Source: Chromera velia (taxonomy: Eukaryota). Taken from it: a stretch of 64,000 nucleotides of DNA. The translations under genes were made by a program, and so were the position numbers. Below are positions 22,337-64,000 of the stretch, piece after piece. The first letter of the stretch is position 1; each line of letters starts with the position of its first letter. Below the pieces are notes generated by a model that worked only from the letters and a program-made list of their open reading frames with translations, searched no databases and was not told where the DNA came from. Where the stretch lies: NCBI GenBank assembly GCA_018398765.1, contig JAHBMJ010000157.1:1-64000 (forward strand), in the 5' to 3' direction.

Positions 22337-25300
22337 TGGGGATAGCTATCGTATCGATATCGTATCATATCGGTATCAGTATCAAAATATCAACGATCGG
22401 TTCTTTCCCGAGCGGCCAAGTATCGGTTAGTATCGGCCTGCTTAGAGCTTGTAAATATTTGTGAAGGACTACAGTAACTATGTGGCCAGGCGCGCACCGG
22501 GCTGGGCTTCAGTGCTGGAAGACCGGGCGCGGCCGCGGGCCCAGTAACACGTATACCGTCCCCAACCGGCTCCATGCATGGATGAATGCGGAACCAGCTT
22601 CATGGAACGTACACTGAATTCAGCCCCAGCGGCCGGAACAGCGCCTCACTGCATGTTCACTGCATCCAATCTAATAGAGCTTCATCACTTCCGTTTTCTG
22701 AACAAAACCGCTTCTGGACAATCAAAGCATCATAACAGCCAGAAGGGGAAAAAACAAGCTAAGGTGTGGGCATATTATAAACATCAGGCGGATAGAAATT
22801 TCGTTTTCTCAGCATGCAGAGTTGCTTCACCCGTTGTTAACCTGTCGGAGTTGGCTCACTGGCCAACGTCCAAACAACTTAAGGACAGTAGTCTAAAAAT
22901 CGTCTTTCCACATTGTTGTCTCTTCTTTTTGTGCCGTCTTAGAGCTTCAGGAGTGACCAGATCGACCAGGATATCAACATGGGCGAACTGAAATTTAGAA
23001 AGGTCAGTCATGAGTGAGGTCACTATCATTTGGTGACATCCATACTCTGTCATTGAAGCTTACCACTTTACCATTGATGTTTAATAACTGAGCATACTTG
23101 TGATGACCTTATCTTTTATAAAAGCTTACCACTTGGCGACTCGCTGCTCGTTCGTACTCGTTTTTCGACGTTGACCTAGCTTCCAGCAACTGTTCGGTCT
23201 TCACACCCTCTGAATCATAAAACACACACCAGGACCGTCTATCTGTTTCCTTGTGGGAACCTTTATAGTCCAACGTATTTGTTTTGGTCTCCTTCATGCT
23301 TTCACTTGTGCAGAAGGAACTCTTAATACCACAAACAGTGCTGTTTTCGTTTTTCTAGAACTGGATCTGCCCTCCCTGGAATGACTGGTGAGTTTGTCAC
23401 TTGTGCCTACTCCGCAGAGGAAGGAGAGGGCTTCCCTAAAGTCTAGAAAGCTGAAGATTGTTTTACTATGGATGTGTTCCACTAATTTATTGCAGCTTTA
23501 AAATTTCAGTTGGCCGTTTTACGTATTGGTTGATTTTCATGGAGATGCACACACATACAGATAAACATACAGACCGCTGCATACTATCAGACCTTTGACC
23601 TCAACTAGGACCTCAATTTTCTGTTCATTCCACTAGCTGAGTATCAACTACCACGTCGCTTAAGAGAGTCCAACCTAAGTTGCTTGCTGTGTAGCTTATT
23701 TTTTCTTTCTTCTTTGTACCGCAAATCTACATGGTTCCTTCGTGAGTGCAGAATAGCATATGGATGTCTGCGTTTTGCTATAAATTTTGTATGCATTTAC
23801 TTGTATTTGGATGATTTTGGCACACACATCAGAATAAAAACGAGTCTAACAGTTTGCGTCTGGCATAAGATTTCCAGGAACGATGTGCTGATGAAGTCAT
23901 TATCAATCTGATGATGTATTAACTCTTTTAAAGGGGAAAGTTAGGAGGGCAAAGCCCCCCTTATAGTTTGGCCTTCTGAACGTTTCAGAGCCAATTTTCT
24001 AAGTAAAGTTAACTCTTTAAAAACATAAAATTTTTACAAAAAGTTTACAGTTTTACGAATGATACCGTTTGTACTAGGTTTTAGCCTTATACGCTAAAAA
24101 TATTACTATGTCAGTATCAAAATTATCGATGATGCCCCCTTTTTTTGGAACCTTAAATTCTGATATGATTAAGGCTGAGAAAAGGTGCATAAAGTGCTGG
24201 TGCAAAAACCGGTTTGCACTTTAAATCAGGTGCAAAACAGGTGCAAAATAAGGTGCACCGTTTACCCTATAAAAACTAGGTTTCTAAAGCTAATTTCTAG
24301 TGTTTTTACCGGCCAAAAGGCACCTCATTCAAGGCCCAAAAGCTTTTTATGATATGGGTTAGCTACACAAACTTTTACTATGTGAAACAACCTAAAATAT
24401 GAGTGAAAAGGCGATAAAAAACTTTTTTTTTTTAATTGCAATTAAAAACTGTGTCTCTGACTATCTCATAACTTTGGTCTCTTTTTGGGTTTCTTTTCTC
24501 GATTTAAGCAACGTTTCTGACCTGCTCGATACTTTTTTTGTATGGATTTAGAGCGTTTAAATGTGGTTGGCACTGTTTGTGTGCTGCTTTATAGTTCAGT
24601 TCTGTTCTTACGGTTCATAAAACGTTCATACTGTATGCATGCCCCTTTGGAGCAAACTCACGAGTCACAAAGAAAACAAAGACAAATGGTGTGATTTCAT
24701 AAAAAATCAAAGGAAGGAAGAATGAAACAAAAGAAGATGTTGATCCTGATTTACATTTCTTCGCTGAGCAAGGGCAACCGAGGGCCTGATCTCAAAGGCT
24801 CAGAGAGTCAGAGCCTACCCCCATCATACCCTAGCTCTCTTCTTCACTCACCTCCCCCTCCCCCCGAAACGACCACAGAGGACGAAGAAGAAGAAGAGGA
24901 AGAAGAAGAAAAAGAAGAAGAAGAAGAAGAAGAAGAGGAGAGAGGAGGCTCCTCACTCCAAAAAAGTCTCTGAGTGAGTTATGCCCCCTTGGAGGAAGCT
25001 TCCTTTATATGTTGAGGTTGACTTGAATCATCCTTGTCCATGAGTCTTCAACGGTCAGACCGTTTCGTTGTGAGCTTTTTGGCGACTTGCTCGATCGTGT
25101 ATCCGTATATCGGTATGTGGCATGTTTGGTGTCACCCCGGCCGACATGTCCCTCGCGCGCGGCCTGCCGCGCTGTGGGACGGGGCCGTGGGGGCGGTCTG
25201 CGGCCTCACACACACCCATTTTTTACCTAAAGACTTGGACTTTAGAGCCAACTCTTCTTATAAGGTGCAAAACAGGTGCATCAGGTGCATCTGGTGCAAA

Positions 25301-25422
25301 ACAGGTGCATCTAGTGCGACTCCTCGGTTTGCATCTTTTCTGCGATGCCCCTTTTCCAAGCCCTAGATATGATATCAATACGATACCGATTCGATACTGA
25401 TACGATATGATAGCTATCTTGA
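22337..25422 (+). mobile_element. Non-autonomous/decayed hAT DNA transposon (outer element)
   Basis: Ends TGGGGATAGCTATC.../...GATAGCTATCTTGA (the sister copy at 62957 starts TAGGGATAGCTATC). GTATC/GATAC subterminal repeats are inverted at the two ends. 8-bp TSD GTCTCACT at 22329-22336 and 25423-25430. KQAKVWAYYK near 22755 resembles the start of a BED finger. Confidence 0.85.
24170..25365. mobile_element. Nested non-autonomous hAT-type element
   Basis: Imperfect TIRs TAAGGCTGAGAAAAGGTGCAT / ATGCCCCTTTTCCAAGCCCTA (17/21). Exact 8-bp TSD GATATGAT at 24162-24169 and 25366-25373. GGTGCA(AAACA) repeats near both ends. Confidence 0.85.
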
Positions 25423-25793
25423 GTCTCACTTCTATTCACTTCTTTGCTGAGTTTAGTTGAGTTTGTTTTAGTTTTTATACAGAAATCAATCAATCAATAT
25501 TATCAATAGTTCAATCACTATTTATATAATGTTTCAGATTTCATTAAAACATTGTTGTTTATATAATTGTTGCTGTAATAAAAGATCAACAGAAAAGCGT
25601 GAAGCTTTTAAACGTGAATGAATGAATGAATGAACGTATAGAACAATCTATAGAACTAAAAACACTTAGTATACACCATTAGCAGAATATACAACACTCA
25701 AAATTTCATCATTTTTGCTGCTGATTGCTGCTTGTGACTGGCAGGCAACACGACCAGCTCAACAAAGACGAGAGGACAGAAACGAGCACGCGC

Positions 25794-26393
25794 TCAGGTC
25801 TGAGACATTGTCCCCCAGTCCCCAGAGTGGAGCAGAGACTCCTCAGTTGTCGTCTCTGTCATCGACAGGGAGAAAGTGCGACTGGGGGAGTGGGACTGGC
25901 CGGGCATCGTCATCTCGGGGGGACCTTGAGACATCGGACTGGACGATCCTCCTGTAGCAGTCCTGTTGGAGTCTCCCGACAGATCGGCCATCTTCAGTCT
26001 GATGCTCAATTGCCCCCCCCTCTCCCGAAGCCTCTCGACGAGAGCGTCCTTGTCACACACAGTGATGAAGCGTGGGTGAGGGGATCCAGACCTGAGGGAG
26101 ATGACGCCGTCAACTGTGAGGCCAACGATGTCAAAGGAGGTGTGGACTTTCTTCGCCTTTGGCAGTCGGAAATCGGAGGTGGTGTAGAGAGTTATCACAA
26201 CCCCTGTGTACTGCAAGGACATGAGAGGGGAACTGATGACAAAGGACGCTCATGCATGTATATTCTCTCATGCGAGGAATGGTGCGAGAAAGGTCTTGCA
26301 CGTCACAGTCAGACTGACAGGTAAAGGCATTTGAAAGACGCACGAACATAAGGCTGCCTCTCTCTTTCACTCATTGACACACTGAAAGGGACA

Positions 26394-26439
<46 letters not shown>

Positions 26440-27437
26440 CGGAAGTACAGCCGCATCGAGCGATCAAGATTGGCACACGTACACACGGAGAAGTGGAAGA
26501 GTGGAATGCAAACGACAGTTTGGCGTGAGTAGAGGGTCAGGTAGGTGATGAACCGGGGGGATGGCTTAAGACTGCGAGACGAGGGGAAGAGAACAAAGGG
26601 CGAAAGTGCAAAGAACATTCCCAAGCCAGGAGACTTCTTCTTTTTCCGAACTTGGCATATTCCTGCTCTTGTTGCTCAGCTCACCTTCAGAGGGCTCGCA
26701 TGCACCTGCCACTTCAGTCCTGCCCATTCGAACTCCTCCGAATCGAGGGACCCAGGAGCTTGGTCCTCATCAACTAGTTCACTGAAAGTCAGAAGGTACT
26801 CCCCCTCGTTGACCTTCTGTACACGACTGACAGGGTCTTGGTTATAGGCAAAAGAGATGGCAACCGACTGAATGCTCAGCGTGCTGCTCAATTCATTCAC
26901 AAGGGCACGCAACTTTTCGTTCTCCTCTCCTGCAGCCGCCAACATTGTTGACAGCTCGGCCTGTGTCCTCTCGCCCTCTGATGCTGCTGCTCTGTTGGAG
27001 CCGCCCCCGTGTTCAACGATCTCTGTGGTGGTGCCTCTTGTGTTTGCTGAATGTCTTCTCCTTGTACATGTCGATGTCGAAACAAGTCGCAGGCTGACGG
27101 GGGACAACATGAAGTTGACTGCTCGTCTCACCCACCGGCCCGCATAATTCTTGGCCTGATCCGCACGCCGAGCCGCTTTCTGAGGCAGCTCGAAGAACAG
27201 AAAGATGAGGTAGATTATACAGCAAACAAAGACAATTACTCCATCTACTGTTTTTCTTCCAACGCGCACTGTCTTCGCTCCAGCGCTCACTATGAGGCCT
27301 GCTCCACTTTGCAACGGTCTGCAAAGGGACGGGACTGAATCTTTTGCTGCCAACCACAATCGCAGTGGGGCAGCAGCCAGAAGCAGAGGGAAGAAGGCAA
27401 CTGCCTCGAGAAGAAGGCAGCAAAGACTTTCCAGCAT
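25794..27437 (-). CDS. Hypothetical protein with hydrophobic N-terminus, short coiled coil and MATH/TRAF-like beta domain; last intron ~26211-26684, start uncertain
   Basis: ORFs 26676-27440 and 25794-26222 join by GT-AG in phase 0 (HASPLK|YTGVVITLY). ENEKLRALVNELSSTL is coiled-coil-like. LDSEEFEWAGLKWQVHASP resembles the MATH S..F..GG.KW.L motif. Confidence 0.5.
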
Positions 27438-28268
27438 CACCAGAAGCCAAGCAGGCAGAAAGGTGGATGTGATGATCTAAAGGTATGCGTTTGAATGTCG
27501 AGTTACGACCGTCTACGCATCTAGTGCACCACTGTTGCACGACTCCAAACAAAGCACGCCCGAGAGGGAATACGCAGGAAAGGACTTGTGGGAGCACAGC
27601 GAGTGGTGTCTGTTCACAGCCAGCTAGGTCGAGCGGATGTCGAGGAGCAAACTCTTTGATGTACATATCGATATACGTATAGTAACATGTATTAATATAC
27701 AGCAACGTGAGCACTGGGCCTTGCAAGGTGTTGCATTGCAACGATATCCTTGCCACATACGCACCTAGCTATGCAAGGCCCGAAGGCTCAGTCTGACCGA
27801 CTGAATTTGAGGCTGGCCCGATCGATCGAAGCTAGTGTTGTTCGCAAGACTGACATCGAAGATCGGAGATAGAAACACATATTACGGGAAACTGCGACAT
27901 CGTCCTCTGCTGAAGCACCATACTACTGCCTGGTTGTTTTCGTCAACTGAACGGTATCCAAGTGAGCGTCTTGTATCCATGGTGTACATCAGTGCGCGAC
28001 GGATAGAAGCGCGTCTGTAATTGAGTAAGCAAGAGAGGAGACGTTGGTTGAGTCTCATCATGTGTCTTCATTTCGTCCCTTCCCTTCTCCGTCACTGACT
28101 GAGTGTCCCGGTGTGCGTCAGTGACAAGCGTATTGACTTTGTCGTTTCCTCCTATCTTGGCACTCTGTAGAGAACCTGTCGTGGTGTGACAAGCAAGGGA
28201 GGGCATTTAGGTAGGTGTCATTCAGAGCAGACTGAGACAGACGAAGACCAGAGAAGACAGGACTGAAG

Positions 28269-58134
<29,866 letters not shown>

Positions 58135-58440
58135 TCGCCCTCAGGTTCTCTTCTCGGTCCTTTTAGTAGCGCTGGTATTGTTCTCACGCTCTTGGTTTTT
58201 CTATTTTGTCGTAAGACTCGTTATATTAAAAGAGATGAAAAACTTCGGACAAATTTAAAGACATAGCTGATGCAGCTTGTCTATATGACATACACTTTCT
58301 CACATGATGTCAATGTTTTTATTTTTTACATATTGCAGCATTATAGAATAAGGTAAGATTAATTTCTAATAAGTACTAATAAGTGGGTAATAAGCATGTA
58401 GATATAACTAGCCTGGCTAGTAACTACAGCCGTGGCCGTC

Positions 58441-58476
58441 TGATTGATTGATTAATTGATTGATTGATTGATTGAT
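58441..58476. repeat. (TGAT)n microsatellite
   Basis: Directly visible. Confidence 0.9.
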
Positions 58477-59382
58477 ATGTTCCGCCCTAGGGCCTTCCCG
58501 CTATGTCTATCTGTCGCCAGAGCTAGCAGGGAGAGAGGAAATGAATTTCGCACAGATGCAGGCCACGTTTGCCTCAAGAGCTGACTAGAGCCGACTTATG
58601 AGCAAGCGCGAATTTATGTCCAGAAAGTTGTGAATTTTGAGTAACAACATCTATGCAGTTTCTTAAAATACTTACACAAACTGCTTTTTCTTGTATGTGT
58701 TGTTCTTCTCTCCTTGAAACCCAAACAAGTTCTAACTGCCTCAGTACCCGAGAGTCGGAGAGTGTGCAGGCTGTATTTTTTTTAATTTTTTGATAAGATC
58801 AAAGCCCTTCAGGAAGTGATATGCGAGGACTGGGGATAACCGGGGAGGATAAATGTTGCAGCTAGTTGCACCAGATTATAGCAGATGTTAAATTAACCTC
58901 TCTTAATTGTAACAAATCCCCTTTTTAGCGCCTGGGCTCTCTACACATACACAGCCTCATTCTGCGGGCACTTGTGTAAAAGTGTACAACCCTATGGAGG
59001 TTCAATCCCACCATACAACACCTGGTTTGATTGACTTTCCTTCTGTGGTGTCAGATTTCAGACTGAGCCTCCAAAAGAAAAGGGTCAAAAATCTTGCTGC
59101 GGGGGGGGGTCAGCATGTATAAGCGACCGCCTGCTGTAATGTACACGTGGCCCGCTGGACGCGGCCGCCTGTGTCAGATACTTCCGGGCCATATTGCCCG
59201 TACGTACAGACTACTGGATCCACTGGCTGGCAGATCTGTTTTCTCTTCACGTAAAAATAGACGTCTCCCACTTCGTCTTACTGGGCATGACTTCAGCTCC
59301 ACCAGCCGCGGTCTAGTGAGTCTTTTGCATCGTTTCTACCCGTCTAACAGCCTTCCTTTTTGCGTCTTCGCAACTTATTAAC

Positions 59383-61729
59383 ATGTTTTGTCTGGCCCTC
59401 TTGTTCTGCCTCATCATCCCTTTAGGGTCGGGTTTTGCCCTGAGGTTCAGGAAAGGACATTTCTTGAAGAATGTACGTGACCGCTGCTCTCTTCTTCAGC
59501 AAACAAGAGAAATAGCAAGTGGAGAGGCAGGAAGGTTTGTGAACCTCAAAAACTTTCTTGATACACATCTCTAGAAGTACCCTCCCCCCGCGAATCACTG
59601 TACATTGTACAAAGACTCAACGACGTATAAAAATTCTCTCCCCATGTGAACAGTGTCTGGGGTGTCTGGGACGTACGTTAAGTTGCACACACTCCCGTAT
59701 TGGGAGTCCTTTTTGTGATGACAGAGATGCTGAAGTTTCGTCAGATGGGAAAACCCTGTGAGATCAAGTATATCTATGTGCCCAGGTGTTCTGGAAAGAC
59801 CTCCAGTGTCCTGCCAGCCTTCCTCGCATCAGACTATTTCACCCACTATCTGTACATTGCCTTTAACAACAATGATTCACGGAATTTTCGACTCTCCAGA
59901 AAAACCCCCTTTCTCAACAACAGCAAGAGCATCAAGGAGCAGGGGGTAAAGTTTGCTGTCGAGTGCATGAGGATCCTTCTGGAGGAGCCAGAACAGACAG
60001 GGCCGTACGAAGTGCCGGTCGGTCCTTGTGATCTCCAACCAACTAGTAATTTGACAAACGAGATGAAAAGCTTATTGCACCGGAATTTGGGTACAAATCC
60101 CAAGGTTCTCATCCATTTGGACAAGCACAGGCAAATGCGCCCTCGCACCAAGAAGAAGAATGACCCCGGCACCGCGTTCTCCCAGGGTATGATGGAGGTG
60201 TTCGGCAGCCAGGCCGTCGTGGTGGCCACGTACGTTGAGCCACCGATCCTCCATCCCCCCACAGAGGGGACATCTGGTACCTGCCGCTGGCCCGTGGTCT
60301 GTCCTTGGGTAGATATTGAGTTGGTCATGAGGCACCTTACAGGTTCTTCTACATCTCGGCTCTGTAGCAGGAAGACAGGCCCTCTGACGGGCTTTCATGA
60401 CTTTTTAGAGCTAAAACAGAAGTCTGACAACCCATGTCTAACCCCAGATGCACGGCGTTTGATTGTAAATCTGCAGCTCCGATTTGCGCTGGCGCTTCAG
60501 GGGAGGCTAGCGTTTTTGCACGTGCCTCAAATCGATGGTCTGTTCAAGAGGAAGGTCGCTCGAGCAGCTTTCTGACGACCTGGAGGTCGGCTGCTCCAGC
60601 ACAGGTACCAAAGACATGAAGGAGAAGCTGCGAAAGGCAGCGGACTCCTTCTTAGAGGGGGACTCCTTCTCAGAGGGCTGGCTCTATAAGTTTTCCAGAG
60701 GCGGGATGAGGGAGGTGGACAAGCACGTTGCCGGGTTGCTGTATGGGATGAAGGATAAGGAAGTGGCTGGAGTTCGCCGAGTGAGTAACCTGATCGTATT
60801 AGGATGAAAGGATCTCCTCACAGCGCCCCTCTTCCACCTTCTATCAGCGAAGCCGCCTGATAACGAGCCCCAGCTGCAGAAGGTATACGTGACAGGTACA
60901 AAACACTTCAAAACACAATTCGATCCCATATTCCCGCTTATTACAGGTATGTGTGTCACCATTCACTCGACCAGTTCTTTCTTACTGTGGTCGGTTGTTT
61001 GAGTGCAACCAGACTTCGTTCTTCTTGGGTGCAGGCTAGGGGGGGGCACTTCAGCCGGCTACACCATGGTTACTGACCCTACACCCCCCCCATACAACAT
61101 GTGACATGTAACTATCAGTTAAAACTGGTGCCAATCGATTAGTTACGTTTGGTTATTTACAAAACTGGCTTTAAGATTGTTAAACAATTGAGGTTATGGT
61201 CAAAAATAATGAAAAATGATGTGTCACACTCACTTTGCCCCCAAACCCCCCGTAACCGGATAACTCGTAACCTTTTTTGACCCCCTTCAAAAATGAAATA
61301 ACCTCCCTCAAGAAGCATTCAAACGTGTTCTAAACATCATTTTAAATATTTTTAAAAGTTGAAAATTTGGTTGGTTATTGAGGTCAAAATGCTTGTAACC
61401 GGGTAACCTGTAACCTTTTTGTGTAACAAAGATGAAAAAGGGGTAACCCAAAGTAACCACGTAGCCTACACTTCAAAAACATCAGATTTTGATGTAACTT
61501 GACCAGGCAGAGCTCCAGGTTGCCGGGCTGGCTCGCAAAAATCTGTTTTTGTTCATATTTTATGTCATTCTGGGCTCAAAATCTACCATAACCTTCCAGA
61601 GTGCCCCCCCCTAGGGTGCAGGTATATTACAGCGAAATCTTATATTCACTTTTGGAGTTCCTGATGCTAGGCTAACGCGTAAGCAGCCAGACGAGAAAGC
61701 ACGGACAGATAGGCAGATAAACAGACAGG

Positions 61730-61760
<31 letters not shown>

Positions 61761-62772
61761 GCAGAATCCGGCAGACAGACAAGTGGATTGATAGACGGAC
61801 TCAAGACAAACCGGAGGGGGGGGGAGTGAAGGAAAGAGGGACAAGAGAAATTGATAGATAGATAGAGAGAGAGGAGGGGGGAGAGGGAAAAAGAGAAAAG
61901 GAGAGAGAGAGTCTCTTCGTTTGATTCACGTGCTGGACTTCATTTTCATCCTTATAATGGTGGTGCGCCGCTCGACAGCTCGATTATATCTGAGGAAGCT
62001 TGCTCTTTGAGGGAAAGTTTAACGTCTTCCATACGTCGCTTTATGTTTTTGAGAGCCACTTTGTGCGTTGATGCCCTTTTTTTTTGCACGCCTCTTTTGT
62101 GCATTTTCTGCATTGATTCACAACTGTGGCTCTATAAGACTTTTGTCAAATTTTGCCTTTTCTGTTTCTGATCAGACTAAGTCTTTGCTGTGTGTAGGAT
62201 ACCGTGTATGGATTGCACTTTTTGCAGGTACCCCGCTTGAGAGGTTGTATTTGTGGGCCCTCAGCACCCAGTCGGCCTTGTACGGGGAGCTGGAGTTTAG
62301 GGCGATCAACTGTCCGTTCAAGTGCAGCAATATCAAGAAAGGCTGGATCTTTCCCGGTCAAGAGTGTTCCGAGTTCGACAGCATCACTGATGTCTCCCAG
62401 CTCGAGACGGACGTCATGTTCTTTGCAGATAGTCACTAATAAGGAAAAGGGTCAGAAGCCTTTCTCACACCCCCGCTGCGACATGTAGTTCCGTACGTCC
62501 GACGGTGAGATGGTCGTCTTGATCGAAATTACTGACAACGCGAACGGAGAGAGGGTTAAAACGAAAGCAAAAGGACTTGGAGAGGTAGTTAACGGGATTC
62601 AAGTGGAGCAGGAGAAACAGAGGTGCGGATCCATAGGGTGGTACTGGCTCCTTCAGATTTAAAGGGTGCTTCTTATGAAAGTTGCGTTGATGAGGTTGCG
62701 ATACTTTGCACTGACAGAGTACAAGAGCTGCTTGGTAGTTTAGATCAAGTGTTTCAATACGTAAAACCGTAG
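59383..62772 (+). pseudogene. Signal peptide + P-loop NTPase + restriction-endonuclease-fold (Crinkler/RHS 'CR'-type) pseudogene; intron ~60948-62228
   Basis: MFCLALLFCLIIPLGSGFA leader. Walker A-like YVPRCSGKTSSVLPAFL, YLYIAFNNN, Walker B-like VLIHLDKH. Spliced ITG|TPLERLYLWAL. Then SHPRCDM*FRTSDGEMVVLIEIT (PD-(D/E)xK-like) and VVLAP...ELLGSLDQVF*. Several stops (59572, 60805, 62486) and frameshifts. Confidence 0.6.
61036..61614. mobile_element. 579-bp MITE (hAT-like) in the intron of the CR-type pseudogene
   Basis: Perfect 15-bp TIR CTAGGGGGGGGCACT / AGTGCCCCCCCCTAG. Exact 8-bp TSD GGTGCAGG (61028-61035, 61615-61622). Many internal GTAACC/GGTTAC motifs. Confidence 0.9.
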
Positions 62773-62956
62773 AATTAACTGCCGAGCTAGTCGCTGCTAG
62801 GGGTAGACACAAAAGTTGTAAAAAAGTTTTTTGTTCAAGTTTTTTTTTGTCTTCCAGACTTTATTTTAAAGAAATATTTTTTAATTAGTTTTTACAGGAT
62901 TATAGAATTATATTGTATTCGGGGCCGGAGCCCTAGACCTGCATGCCAGTTATCTG

Positions 62957-63250
62957 TAGGGATAGCTATCGTATCGATATCGTATCGTATCGGTATCGAA
63001 GTATCGACTATCGGTTCTTTCTCGAGCAGCCGAGTATCGGTTAGTATCGGCCTGCTTAGAGCTTGTGAAGGACTAGCTAGGTTAATATGTAGCAAGGCGC
63101 ACGCCAGGCCGGGTCTCGGTACTTGAAGACCGGGCGCGGCCTGGCCCAGTAACAACGTATACCGTCCCCCACCGGCCTCATGCATGGATGAATGTGGAAC
63201 CGGCTCCAACGTGCACTAGTTGAATTCAGCCTCAGCAGCCAGAACAGCCT
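62957..63250 (+). mobile_element. Left end (~290 bp) of a second copy of the 22337 hAT family
   Basis: TAGGGATAGCTATCGTATCGATATCGTATC...GTATCGGTTAGTATCGGCCTGCTTAGAGCTTGT...TGCATGGATGAATG...TGAATTCAGCC aligns with 22337-22640. Right end not in the window. Confidence 0.88.
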
Positions 63251-64000
63251 AACTTGGCTTCAAGACAAGACTGCATGTGTATGATGTAGGTCTGGCAAAG
63301 GGGCAATAAAGCATTGTCCTAGACTCATGCACTGCATGATGGCCTATAGACCGATTAATAATAATAATGATGATGATGATGATGATGTATGGGGTTAAAG
63401 CCGGTGAGTCGTATAGACTCTGGCCAACCTGGAGCGTCATACATAGAGTTAAACTTTCGACTTAGGCCCCACTGGGGTAAATTGAATCGATAGGAGCCTG
63501 ACAGGGGTAGGGAGGCGGATGGAAGTGGAGGGTGGCTCCACCTCTAAGCAAACAGGCTTTTGCTTTATTTAGTAGTTCTCTTACAGGCTGAGTTACAACA
63601 CGCTCTCTGTCCCACCCTTGAGACGATTAAGAACTGCCTGCATTTCGCCCAGAAGAGGGTCCCCATGACCGATCAAAGCGCCAGAACAGCACTGGCATGC
63701 CTGAGCAGAGGGAGAAACGAGAAGGAAAGGGAAAAAACAAGTACCTCAGGGGGAACAGAAAAGATGGAGACGGACTCCTCTGTTTCTGTGTCTTTTTTTT
63801 TTCCCCAAGGGTCACGGGCCAGCTAGCAGGCCAATAAAATTCCTTCTGTCAGTTCGTGTCAGTTAGAGGTCTGTCAGATGACCTCTAAAGAAAATTACCC
63901 GAGGCAGAACGGAAGGAGACAAAGAGAGAAAAAGGTCAGAACTCCTAATCTCCTTTGATTCCCTATCTTTTCTGCCGAAGACGTACAAGCAAAGGTTTCT

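Noticed and set aside
24131..24155. Third nested element end (GATGCCCCCTTTTTTTGGAACCTTA)
   Set aside because: Resembles the inner TIR but no partner end or TSD found.
24722..24973. Poly-Glu ORF inside the nested hAT
   Set aside because: A (GAA)n tract with no domain evidence.
58990..59020. tRNA/SINE from B-box-like GGTTCAATCCC
   Set aside because: No A box or cloverleaf.
58488..62936. hAT ends (TAGGGC...GCCCTA) capturing the CR-like gene
   Set aside because: Only 6 bp match and the flanks (TTCCGCCC vs GACCTGCA) give no TSD.

Overview
Eukaryotic, intron-rich nuclear DNA. GT-AG introns, abundant TGCATGCA, GA-rich exons and intronic microsatellites point to a chromerid/apicomplexan-related alveolate such as Chromera; this is an inference from style only. 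Left to right: (1) a decayed tyrosine-recombinase (DIRS-type) retrotransposon, gag / RT-RNase H-(MT-like) / YR, ~2.0-9.95 kb; (2) a 1.2-kb element with nested inverted and direct repeats; (3) an intact gene with ~28 ankyrin repeats, a HET (TIR-like) domain and C-terminal LRRs but no NOD/STAND ATPase; (4) a minus-strand RluA/TruC-family pseudouridine synthase; (5) a hAT element with a second hAT-type element nested inside, both with 8-bp TSDs; (6) a minus-strand coiled-coil/MATH-like gene; (7) a ~30-kb VPS13 gene (28269-58134); (8) a signal-peptide + P-loop NTPase + PD-(D/E)xK nuclease (Crinkler/RHS-type) pseudogene with an intronic MITE; (9) a second copy of the hAT left end. Best candidates for novelty are the ANK-HET-LRR protein (possible NOD-less immune/cell-death receptor), a transition-dominated decay of repeats suggesting methylation- or RIP-like genome defence, and recurrent short duplications that straddle splice sites. 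All domain calls are by motif recognition, not database search.
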